From NCBI RefSeq assembly GCF_006345805.1, contig NC_043002.1, positions 52,452,001 to 52,516,000 of the forward strand: a stretch of DNA of 64,000 nt. Direction: 5' to 3'. Shown here in pieces: positions 52,212-64,000 of the stretch; the first letter of the stretch is position 1; every line of letters begins with the position of its first letter. Source of the stretch: Octopus sinensis. Lineage: Eukaryota. The notes beneath the pieces are model-generated. The model ran no database searches. It was not told where the DNA came from and worked only from the letters and a program-made list of their open reading frames with translations. A program made the position numbers and the translations under genes.

Positions 52212-52505
52212 CTATCTTTTATTCTTTTATGCCTTTTACTTGTCTCAGCCATTTGACTGCGGCCATGTTGGAGCACCGACTTTTAGTCGAAGAAATCGAC
52301 CTCAGGACCTATTCTTTGTATGGTTAGCGGTTCGGCAAAAGACACCGATTGAATAAGTACCAAGCTTGCAAAGAATAGAGTCTGAGGTCAATTTCTTCAA
52401 GTGACAAGGCAAGTAAAGATAGGTATATATTTGTATGGTTGACTCGAGTCAATAGTAGAAGGCACTTGCCCAAGGTGTCACGCAGCTGGACTGAACCCTG
52501 AACCC

Positions 52506-52536
<31 letters not shown>

Positions 52537-52604
52537 TTGTGTGCGTGTGTGTGTGTATATATATATGTGTATATATATATATATATGTATATTTATATAT
52601 ATAT

Positions 52605-53217
<613 letters not shown>

Positions 53218-53223
53218 ATATTA

Positions 53224-53266
<43 letters not shown>

Positions 53267-54502
53267 CAGGGGTTGGACAAAATAATGGCAACGCCTTAAA
53301 ATTTCAAACAAATTTACTTTAATATGGGGTAGGACCGCTTTTGGCAGTAATTACAGCTTGGATTCTACGGGGTATGGACTCGTTTGAATTGTTTGGATTG
53401 TTTCCAAAGGAATTTTTGTCCGTTCTTCAGTCTCCAGTTCTTGTAGCGATGATGGTGGAGGATATCGACTCCTTACTTGTTTTTCTAAATTGCATCATAC
53501 ATTTTCAATAATATTAAGATCAGGTGACTGTGGTGGCTAGATAAGATATTCAACTTGACTAGAAGTTCCTTGTGCCATTCAGTAAAAAGATTAGCCGTGT
53601 AAATTGGTGCACTAACATCCAGATGGATTGCGTTTCCCTCCAGAAATAGTTCCGCAAACATAGGATGAATTTCATCAGAAAAAATGTTTAAATAGTCCTG
53701 ACTATTGATTCTGCCATGAAGGGAAACTATTGGGCCGGCGGGTTTCCAAGATATAACACCCCAGATCATCACAGATCCTCCTCCATGTTTAACAGTTGGA
53801 AGAATGCAACTGGGTCAAACGCTTCGTTTGGCTGTCTCCAAACGTATAGTCAGCTGGTAGTCAGTAATAGGGCAAAGGATGACTCGTCCGAGAACAATTC
53901 TCTAGGGACCAATTCTGTAGTTCTTTTTTACTCAACTCAAAACGTTCTGCAAAGTTTGTTTTTGAAAATAGTGGTTTTCTGATTGCAGCCCTCCCGTGAA
54001 ATTCGGCTTTGTGCAGTTCCCGGCGAAATGTGCTTTGGAAACTGGGTTCTCGAGGTGGTCATTAAGCTCTGCAGTAAATTTGGGAGCTGTAATTTTGTGA
54101 TCCTTTCGAACAATTCGCGAAAGAGTCCAATGTTTTGGTTTCCTTCCAGAGTTTTGTTCTGGCGAGGAGTTTTTTCCCCTATTTCTCAAAGACTGTGATT
54201 ATTTTCGAGACAGTACTTCTTGATACACCAAACATTTCAGCTATTTCCGTTACGCTACCGCCTGCCATACGGCCACCAACAATTTGACCTCTTTGAAAGT
54301 ACGATAGATCTGTCATTTTAATGAATTTTAATTATCTTTTTGTGATGATATCTGAAAAGAAACATCAATTTTAGCAAAACATATTATGCAACACTAACAA
54401 TAAATAAAAAACAAAAGTAAACAAGCTCTTGACCGCTTAATAGATATTTAAAAATTACGATGCTATGATGCTAGGTGTTTCCATTATTTTGTCCAACCCC
54501 TG
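53267..54502 (-). mobile_element. full-length but decayed Tc1-like transposon (DD34E)
   Basis: TIRs CAGGGGTTGGACAAAATAATGG at both ends, TA flanks; MIWGVISW...SAPIYTA...PQSPDLNIIE remnants on the minus strand. Confidence 0.9.
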
Positions 54503-55489
54503 TATATATATATAATAGAGAGAGAGAGAGAGAAAGAGAGAGAGACAAGTGGGTAGAGAAGTTTTGGCATTGAAATTGTCTCTCATTATTTACTGGTAAA
54601 CTTAACCACTCCCTTATATATATTTCTTTTTATTCCTACTATATCTTCATAAATATATTTTCTTCTGGAACTGTGCTTTCTTCGCATTTCGATCGAATTT
54701 TCTGTAAGTTAAAATCGATTTCCCAACGGCAAAGTAGACTTCATGTAATCAAGTTATCCTGAAGAGTAGCTTGCAATATAATCCTCGCTTGGGTAATTAC
54801 TACTACAAGGTCCCGCTTGCTATGAAGCATATGTAGCCAGGATTTTATTTGCTCCATCCCTTAATATGTGGTTATGATATGTGGTTTGTGCCAGATAATT
54901 CTCAACATATGAAACTACTAGTAGCAATTAAAGATATGTACCGCATCCTCAAAATAAATAATAGTTATCTGTCACCACATGGAATACTTTTTCTGTGAAT
55001 ACTCTATCACGGATCAGTATCTTAAATCTAGAATAGCGATATTTTCTAGACCTGGTCGTTAAATTTGAAGAGTCTTCAATCATAGATACAAACACACACA
55101 CACGCATACACACTCATGCAAATACACACAAATGCAAACACAAATGCACACAAATGCAAACACAAATGCACACATACACTTAAATACACCGACAAATATA
55201 TATAATGTCTGGATGTGCAAAGGTGAAATAGGATACTAAACTTTTACCGTTCTGCATTTTGCTGCGGTGAAAGGGTTGAGACGCGAAATTACTGTAAATA
55301 GCAACAAATTCTATTACATATCTTGAGTAAAGTTTTCCGCCTTTCTTTGAAAATTGAAATGTATTTATGAGTACAAAAATATATATGTGACTTCTTTCAT
55401 GGCCATTGATCTCCATAGTCCGCAAATGAGCCTGTACCTAATTGCACAAACTCTTAGAAATGTGCACAGACACACATATATGTGTGTGC

Positions 55490-55546
<57 letters not shown>

Positions 55547-55559
55547 GGGGAGAATTCAC

Positions 55560-55740
55560 AAATAAATAAACACAAAAGACGAAGACAGGTGGTGTAGACG
55601 ACAAACAGATGTATTAGTATAACTCTCGGGAGGTGAAAAGGTCTTTAACGTTTCGAGCCTACGCTCTTTCACAGAAAGAAATACAGAAAGAAACAAGGAG
55701 AGAAAATAAAGAATGTGGAGTGGCTAGCGATCTATCATAT
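55560..55740 (-). repeat. Penelope-type short repeat containing a hammerhead-like fold (55643-55678)
   Basis: CTTT-CTGTGAAA-GAGC-GTAG-GCTC-GAAACGTT-AAAG on the minus strand. Confidence 0.6.
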
Positions 55741-55754
55741 ATATATATACATAC

Positions 55755-55789
<35 letters not shown>

Positions 55790-55796
55790 TACATAT

Positions 55797-55830
<34 letters not shown>

Positions 55831-55879
55831 ATATGTGTGTGTGTGTGTGGTGTGTGTGTGTGTGTATTTACATATGAAG

Positions 55880-55933
<54 letters not shown>

Positions 55934-56358
55934 CGCGCTTTCTTCATTATAATCGTTAGAGAAATCTCTGAAGAAATATTTCCAAGTTTGATGCGTGTGG
56001 ATAACATTTAGTGATTTGGATATGCGATAACTCATGCCTAATGATAAACGAGTTGTGCAATGCAGCAGATATCTATCGTGATATCAAGACATCTCAACAT
56101 ATCTTTAGGTGTAGATTAAGCATCATTGATATGTATATGTGTATATGTGAATATATGGCTGTACACACACACACACACACACAGACTCGCACGCACATAC
56201 ACACATTTAAATCATGTGTATATATATATACGTATATATATATATGTGTGTATATATATATGCACAAATACATCTGTATATATACATATATATATATATA
56301 CATACACATACATATATACATACATGCATACTTACATACATATATATTATATATATAT

Positions 56359-56407
<49 letters not shown>

Positions 56408-56864
56408 CATAAACATGCATAAATGCACATACATACATTTACATACATACTTAGATACAAACATACCTTTCACCTTGTTCAAAACTAATTATCATGGTAT
56501 GATTACTAAATCCCTGTTTAACCACATCAGTAAATACGTTTGTATAAAGTTTCTTTGAGTTAGTAAATGTGTTAGCAATTAAAGCTGCGACATCACGATT
56601 CTTTTTACATCTTAGAAATTGATGGATATGGCTGTAATTTTAATCATACACAAGCCTATTGCATATAGCTATTCACATGGGGTACTGTTCGCAAAGCACC
56701 CTGGTATTTCGCAGTGCGACTGTTGATTCAAGAGGTAAAGACCACTGCATACTTATAAGAACCTGTAACGATAAAAGAGCATATATTACGAAATCAGTTA
56801 GAAATAGCACTCAAATTCCCACTAAATCATTACCTACCATCTTAATACATTAGTTAGACAAAGG

Positions 56865-57085
56865 TTGCGAGCTGGCAGAACTGTTAGCACACCAGGTTAC
56901 ATATTATGAATGTTTCGTCTGCCTTCACGTTCTGAGTTAAAATTCCTTGAGGTCGAGTTTGCCTTTCATACCTTCGGGCCGATAAAAAAAATACCAGTTG
57001 AGTTGAGTACTGGGGTCGATGTAATCAATTTAGACCCTCTCCTTCGAAGTTGCTGGCCTTGTGCCAAAAATTGAAATCAATTTAT
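56865..57085 (+). mobile_element. SINE family A, diverged
   Basis: GCGAGCTGGCAGAACTGTTAGCAC...TACTGGGGTCGAT. Confidence 0.75.
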
Positions 57086-57259
57086 TATTAAACGAAGGCG
57101 GCAAACTGGCAGAATCGTTAGTAACCGATATATTAGACGATGCCGAAAGAATTCTGGTGATGGCCATGGCTGGAACAGTTTTGATTATTAATATGTTTAA
57201 TTGGGACCAACTTGGCGCTTAAGAATAGCAACAACACAATAACATTCTACTGGAATTGG

Positions 57260-57392
57260 TTAGGTATAAAGAGAAAGAAATTTCTTCACTCTGTTTGCTT
57301 GACATGGTTCAACACTTTTGGTATTAGGCCTGCTGAAATATCTGCAACCATGATTTGTTGCAAAACAGTAACAATTTTCCTCGTATTGTATC
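57260..57392 (-). CDS. candidate Cys-containing terminal exon (IQYEENCYCFATNHGCRYF...PCQANRVKKFLSLYT*)
   Basis: acceptor TGTCCTTCCCTTTTTAAG; 43-codon open frame with 4 Cys; the other two frames are also open for 22-34 codons. Confidence 0.2.
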
Positions 57393-58679
57393 CTTAAAAA
57401 GGGAAGGACATATAAGATAATGTAGACCTAGAAGCACTTTATTTGAAAAGACAAAAGCGCATCTATCTATTCTGCAAGAAACAGTGTAGCATGCCAATAG
57501 CATCATTAGTTTGAAAGGGAACAAACTGTGTTCATCTATTTACATTGTATTGTATGGTATTATATGAAGCGGTGAAATTGAAAGTACGAATACGAGTGAT
57601 TAATCGGAATAACACACGTGTATTGAGAACTTTGGCTGGAAGCCAGGCTTCTGGGCTAACTCTAGACAAAGAAAAATACTGCAACAACACCATTATACCA
57701 TTTTCTGACTGGATCGTGTGCTGCCCGAAAGAAAACTTTCTTCCTTTGGAATCTGTGCCAATATTTACACTCTAAGAAGAAATTGCTTCCTTAATTCCGA
57801 TATTTTCCTTATCGAAGCCATGTACAATAAAGCTTCCGTTTCTCAATCCCATACATTTTAAGCGATTGTTGTTTAATTAAAAGTAGCAACATTAAATACA
57901 TCTACTTTGCATAGAAAGAAACCAGAAAGGTTATTAGGTGTTTATATGAAGATAAGATTGAACGTTTTAACCCATTGCCTGCAATGAGCCCCATTTAAGG
58001 ATCTGCTAAAGACAGCCTTACTGCCGGTTGTTCGTTGTATTGCTTTTGCAGAGGTGTGTTTACCAATATTTAGTAGTTTAAGTTTGTCATTATTAGCTCT
58101 GGCTAATTCCAGAGGACATTTTATGTCATAAATCGCAAGTTTTTAACTACAAAAGTATGGACTGTTTTGAAAACGTTTTATTATTATTTTTTCTCTGTAT
58201 TTCCCATCTATATCATTCATTGATATTTCATTCACATTCGCATTTGATACTATAGTTTAAAAAATAAATAAATAAATAAATAAAAACTAAAATTTTCATT
58301 ATTGCAATTGAACAGAAAAGGATAAATATACATTTTTTCAGCGATCTCCATTTAGGACTTATCAAAAATTTATCATAATTTCCAAAATAATTGACATATG
58401 TAGAAAATTTAAATACCATATATTATTTTAATTTCTAAAACCTGGCAAACCCCAAAAATATCTATAAAGAAATTTGGCAGTTAATGCGTTAATTAAATCT
58501 AACTTCATCATATAATGCAGCTATGTATTTTATTATTAATTATGAAGGAGGAATATAAATTAATAGATCACGAACTTGACATAGCTTTATACGCATCCCC
58601 GTAAGGGAAAAGTTTAAAGCAGTGTAATTTTCTTCATCTATACCAAACCAGCAAATCTAATCTATATTACAGCCACTTA

Positions 58680-58911
58680 TGACGGCGAGCTGGCAGAACC
58701 GTTAGCACGCCGGGCGAAATGCGTAGCGGTATTTCGTCTGCCGCTAAGTTCTGAGTTCAAATTCCGCCGAGGTCGACTTTGCCTTTCATCCTTTCGGGGT
58801 CGATAAATTAAGTACCAGTTACGCACTGGGGTCGATATAATCGACTTAATCCCTTTGTCTGTCCTTGTTTGTCCCCTCTATGTTTAGCCCCTTGTGGGTA
58901 ATAAAGAAACA
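58680..58911 (+). mobile_element. full-length young SINE family A with 17-bp TSD
   Basis: TATATTACAGCCACTTA at 58663-58679 and 58912-58928. Confidence 0.95.
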
Positions 58912-59390
58912 TATATTACAGCCACTTACTCGTCTCCGTAGTCACTTGACTTGCTAGGCGTAGCAGATGTAGCCCTTCTGCAAACTGAATTTCAAAACTG
59001 CTAACCACAATCCAGAATGTCAAAGCTGCAAACCACAAAATATAAATCGTGCGTTGTTAATAAATACGATTGACTGCTTTCTTCGACTGTCAGTTTCAGG
59101 ACCGTATTTCTGTTCAAGGAAAGCTGCCCGTAGCTATACAAGAACAATAACCCAAGTCAAATATAACAATGATATTTAAAGCTATTGATCTATAGGTATA
59201 ATCAAATGCCTATAAATCAATAACGGAAATATCACTAGATGTAAAGCAGTATCATAGAATACTGCAAAGTGTCAATGTAAATTTTCTAAAGCAAATGTAA
59301 ACAATTTTATAATCTACCCGTTTAACAATACGTATGGCTTGGTCATCATAATATATGAACACTTTCAGAGATCGGGGTACTGTGATTTAC

Positions 59391-59510
59391 CAGTGGCGGT
59401 GTATTTCTTCCATAACTAAAGCACTTAACGGTGGAAGGTCCTGTTCAACTAACAACGTGAATAACAAGATCAGAAGAAAATTTCTCCACTTCACAGCTAA
59501 TTTATTTCAT
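59391..59510 (-). CDS. candidate signal-peptide exon (..VKWRNFLLILLFTLLVEQDLPPLSALVMEEIHRH)
   Basis: basic N-region plus hydrophobic core; donor TG|GTAAAT; ATG at 59510 is out of frame by one A. Confidence 0.2.
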
Positions 59511-60139
59511 CTGCAAATTAGTACTTGATCAAGAGCATTCCAGACATGATCATCACATCATATTTTCTGGCATCGTCTGACTGAAACTACAGTATATGAT
59601 GTAAACTTAACTATCATCTTATTTAAGATGGCATGTTTTAATTTAAAGGAAACCTTGAAAATGAAATGGTGTGCATTCTTCGTGACATTTCAATAATATT
59701 CACATTTTCAACAAAGTTAATATATTAATAAATTGAAGATTAATTTACAGGGCATCTATGACGTGTGTCTTGAACAGTTTATGTAAATTAAATCATTCTA
59801 AGTGACTGTCACGCATTTCTAATCAGAGAAATACTGGCATTGGCTATTTGCTTAAAACGACGAATTTTCAAGGTGGTATAGTGATTTAAAACCTATGAAA
59901 GTTCATTTCTATTTTTGCAGTTAACTCAAACGTTTAAAGCAATGACAGTTGACCTTTATCATGATGTAATTGATAAATATTTAAATTATATGCATCATTC
60001 AATACAGGGCAGTGTGGTAAGCTGAAAAAATTTGGAAGAAAATGTGTGCTTTTTTCGTTTCGATATAAATTTTTGAACAAATCTTTTGAATGGACTTTGA
60101 GAAATCTGATAGATTAAAATTTGCCCTATAACTATATTG

Positions 60140-60320
60140 AAGAAAGAGTGAGAGAAAGTTGTGGTGAAAGAGTACAGCAGGGTTCACCACTACCACCTGC
60201 AGGAGCCTCGTTGAGCTTTAGGTGTTTTCGCTCAATAAACACTCAAAATGCCCGGTCTGGGAATCGAAACCGCAAGCCTACGACCGCGAGTCCGCTGCGC
60301 TAACTAGTGGGCCATTGCGT
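60140..60320 (-). mobile_element. SINE family E
   Basis: reverse complement of the 41768-41930 head and body. Confidence 0.85.
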
Positions 60321-60339
60321 CTCTCTCTCTCTCTCTCCC

Positions 60340-60370
<31 letters not shown>

Positions 60371-60468
60371 ACTCACACATACATATATATATATATATAT
60401 TTACACGTGTGTGTCTGTGTATATATACGTTTGCATATACATATATATATATATATATATACGTTTGC

Positions 60469-60502
<34 letters not shown>

Positions 60503-61165
60503 ATATATATGTACATATGTATCTATGTATCTTTAGTCTCACCTAACACAAACGCGCGTGCACACACGTGCACACACACACACCCAGGCACATTTATAGA
60601 TGACTTCCATAAAACAAATAAATATTAATATAGAAATCAAATAGAAAACAGGAAATGAAATTAAAAACGCAATATACGATGCAGCAATCTTAATTAATAA
60701 CTAGCTTTTGAGATGAAGCTTCGGTATCATGTTATCGACACTGCTAAATTTACTTTAATAGGTTCTAACAAGACAAACAACTACAAAAACACGATGGCGC
60801 ACGAAATAAGACGAAAAATATCTACATATATAATTAAATATTAATAAGTAAAAAGAAAGCCCTACACATCTAAAGATGTATATAGCGTAACAGATTTCTA
60901 TGTTTTACTTACGTACATTCTTTTGATTTACTATTAATTCTATTTGTTCTTAAAAAACATGAGAAATTTGATTTGTTCTTTGACAGATAAAAGCGAAATT
61001 TGATTTCTTGCTTAAACAGATAAAAAGAGGTATAAATGTGTTTTAAGTGTTTTCTAACACATGAAAAGCGGCTCCAAATGGAACGGCACTGAAAATTTGT
61101 TTAGTTATCCATCATCATCATCATTATTGTTGTTGTTGTTGTTATTATTATTATTATTATTATTA

Positions 61166-61238
<73 letters not shown>

Positions 61239-61629
61239 CGTTGTGAGTTCGCAGAACAATTATTACCACGCCGTTCAGAGTTCAAATTTCGACGAGATCA
61301 GCTTCGCTTTCCATCATTTCAGGTTTCATAAGAAAGTACCAGCTGATCACTGGGGACGATTTAATCGACTGAATCCCTGCCCCGATATTGCTGGTCAAGT
61401 GCCAAAATTAAAAAGTATTTATTTATTTATTTATTTATTTTATTTATTTATTTATTTATTATTAAAAAGGTATGTTCTTCTAAAAATCATTTGAAGTTTT
61501 TGTGTAACTATTTGATAAACTTTGAAAAAAACGGAAATTTCGGTCCTGAAGACAAAAAGAGAAAACAAGCTAATAACGCTGATTTCCTACTCCACTGAGC
61601 CAGTGGGCAAGGGAACATTTTGGTTGAGA

Positions 61630-61955
61630 AGATTATACACCATATCAACGATGGAACTGACTTGGGATTCATCGTTACCATAAAGTTTGAGGTCATCTTT
61701 GAAGAACAAATGGTTGTCTTTTTGTTGGCGGCTTTTGAATACATACCCAGCCTTTAGTTTCCTCAGAATCAGTGTTAGTGGTATCATTCGCAGTATAAAA
61801 GTCAGTGGTGACAGACAGACAGTTCCCTTGTAAGATGCCTCCCCTGATTTCTATTGTCCCTAAACTTCTTCCATATGCTGTCAGTTCCGTCCTCCACTTC
61901 GGCATACTTTTTCCATGCAATCGCTCAATATTCGATGCAGTACCAAATAGGTTCA
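61630..61955 (-). mobile_element. R4/Dong-like LINE reverse transcriptase fragment
   Basis: WRTEL...IRGGILQGNCLS and MIPLTLILRK...HLFFKDDLKLY (decayed QGDSLS and FMDD motifs). Confidence 0.8.
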
Positions 61956-62164
61956 TTGATCATTGATCCGTTCGAGCAAGTCTGACCTGTGAACATCAAC
62001 AAATTCTTATTCAGTCATATGCCAATAATAACAGCGGTTCTATTTCAGAATCAGTGAGGTGCTTTTATTGGCAAAATGACCATCTTTTGATATGCCATCT
62101 GTTTCAGCAAATCATTTCACATCAGAATTCTTGCAAAACAACTTTTAAACGAAATACAAACACA

Positions 62165-62202
<38 letters not shown>

Positions 62203-62321
62203 CACAGACACACATGTAATATATTGATACTTACATATATATACGTACATATATATATATATACATATATACATACATGTATATGTATATACATACATAT
62301 ATATTATATCATATCATATTA

Positions 62322-62362
<41 letters not shown>

Positions 62363-62369
62363 CTCTCTC

Positions 62370-62408
<39 letters not shown>

Positions 62409-62828
62409 AACGTGTAAAAGTCATAAAATTACCATAGGCATAGATATAATAGTTACGTTTACGATATCTAGTTCAGCTGTTATATCAGACTGCATCAAAA
62501 CACCATTGCCAGAACATCCAACAATATCACTGCGGGAACATCGCTAACATTGCCATACAAACTCAATACCTCACCACCATGAAACAATTAACATAAATCA
62601 TATTCTACACTCTCAAGACTAAGAAAAGAACTAATGTTGTCGAAGATGTTCTTTACCAAGAAATAAAGATGAGTTTGTCACCCTTAGAATTCTTTTGATT
62701 AGAAATCGTCTCGGTCAGTGTTGGCTTCGACTAAATAACAAAGAGAGTAACAGCAACAACAATTAACAATACTCATCATGATTCTGGTAGAACCCTATTG
62801 AAGAGGCGCCCGAAGATTCTACCTCGCG

Positions 62829-62890
62829 GGAATAATGATTGGCAAAAGGAATAATGATCGCAGGAATAATGATCAACGCAGGAATAATGC
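62829..62890 (+). repeat. four GGAATAATG(A/C)T units at 15-19 bp spacing
   Basis: units start at 62829, 62848, 62863 and 62881. Confidence 0.8.
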
Positions 62891-63749
62891 TCGGCGAAAA
62901 CGGTTGGTTGGCTATTCCTCACGATCACGATCAAAACCTGGACGAGCATCACCACAAACACCATCAACTTCAACTTTAAGAACATTCAACTTTCTACAAC
63001 CAGCACTATCAAACATCAGATATATCAATAAGGACTCTTCCACGTGGTTCCTTGACATACTAGAAAAATAGCAGTTAAATTTTCTCAAATCAGATCTACA
63101 GTTTCCTTGGAATATCTTTGATCATAGGTTAGCTCAAAATAGTGTGGAACTATGGTTAAATACAACAATAGCAGCAGCAGCATCCAATACATTCTTCGAC
63201 TACAACAGCCACCACTATCAAGACTACCATGTTAAAAACACAAACCTACTACAATTGAGGTAGCACGCCGGTTAAAATGCTTAGCGGCATTTCGTTCGTT
63301 TTTATCTTCTGAGTTCAGATTTCGCCCAGATCGATTTTGCCTTTCATCCTTCGATGAAATAAATACCAGTTGGTTGTAATCAATTTACCTGTTCCCCCGA
63401 AATTTCTGTCCTTGTGCCAAAATTTGAAACCAATATCACCTTTATCACTGTTGAATTTAACAGTAACTCCACCATCATCAAACGTTTCACTTTTATTAAC
63501 ATTAACACTGTAGCACTAATACAACTGCTACTCGCACCACCGCCGACGCCACTATCTGAATCATCACTTTTACCGTCACGAGGGCGATGCAAACGACGAA
63601 AGCGACAAAGGGGACGAAAGTGACGATGGTCATGAAAGCGATGAAGGTGAAGATGGCAACCACCAGGAACACCACAACTACTTGTAACTTGTAACTAAAA
63701 CTGTAGCTACTCTATAACCACTGCTGATAACCGAGTCAATATTAATATC

Positions 63750-63970
63750 TATTTCAAATTTTGGCACAAGGCCAGCAATTTCGGGGAGGGGATAAGTCGA
63801 TTATATTGATCTCAGTACTCAAATTGTACTTATTTTATCGACCCCGAAAAGTTGAGAGGTAAAGTCAACCTCGGCACAATTTGAACTCAGAACGTAAAGG
63901 CGGGACGGACGAAATGCTGCTAAGCATTTTGGCTGGCGTACTAACGATTCTGCCAGCTCTCCGCCTTTAA
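63750..63970 (-). mobile_element. SINE family A, diverged
   Basis: ATCGACCCCGAAAAG...ATTTGAACTCAGAACG...GATTCTGCCAGCTC. Confidence 0.75.
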
Positions 63971-64000
63971 GTACCCGTTAATATCACAACCAGAAATACT

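Noticed and set aside
57300-57392. Resemblance of IQYEENCYC...LSLYT to a WSC domain
   Set aside because: It lacks the conserved Gly residues, the C-x3-C pair and the CGG motif; too weak to name.
57699-57771. Additional 73-nt minus-strand exon candidate
   Set aside because: Splicing it after the 59391 donor creates TGA and then TAA, and no other supported partner was found.
62829-63071. Possible CRISPR array or R/N-rich ORF (RNNDRRNNDQRRNN)
   Set aside because: Units are 11 bp with 4-8 bp gaps in a eukaryotic context with no cas genes; the ORF simply translates the repeat.

Overview
AT-rich animal genomic DNA made up mostly of microsatellites ((TA)n, (CA)n, (TATG)n, (TATC)n, (TAA)n) and transposable elements. 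The repeat content looks cephalopod, probably Octopus; this is inferred from pattern only. No host gene could be identified with confidence, and most listed ORFs are microsatellite translations or TE fragments. Well-supported elements: a ~3.9 kb CR1-type LINE whose 3' tail is shared with local SINEs; a 1.29 kb mariner and a 1.24 kb Tc1 element, both with TIRs; five R4/Dong-like RLE LINE pieces, four of them against (TAA)n tracts; L1/Tx1 and RTE remnants; a non-autonomous Helitron; many tRNA-derived SINEs; and a ~1.62 kb tandem duplication carrying a Penelope-like GIY-YIG fragment. The most notable signals are hammerhead ribozyme motifs in Penelope-type repeats (one structurally complete at 33349-33459) and several candidate short exons that could encode small secreted or neuropeptide-like precursors. 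The exon models are low confidence and need RNA evidence. Many element boundaries are approximate.
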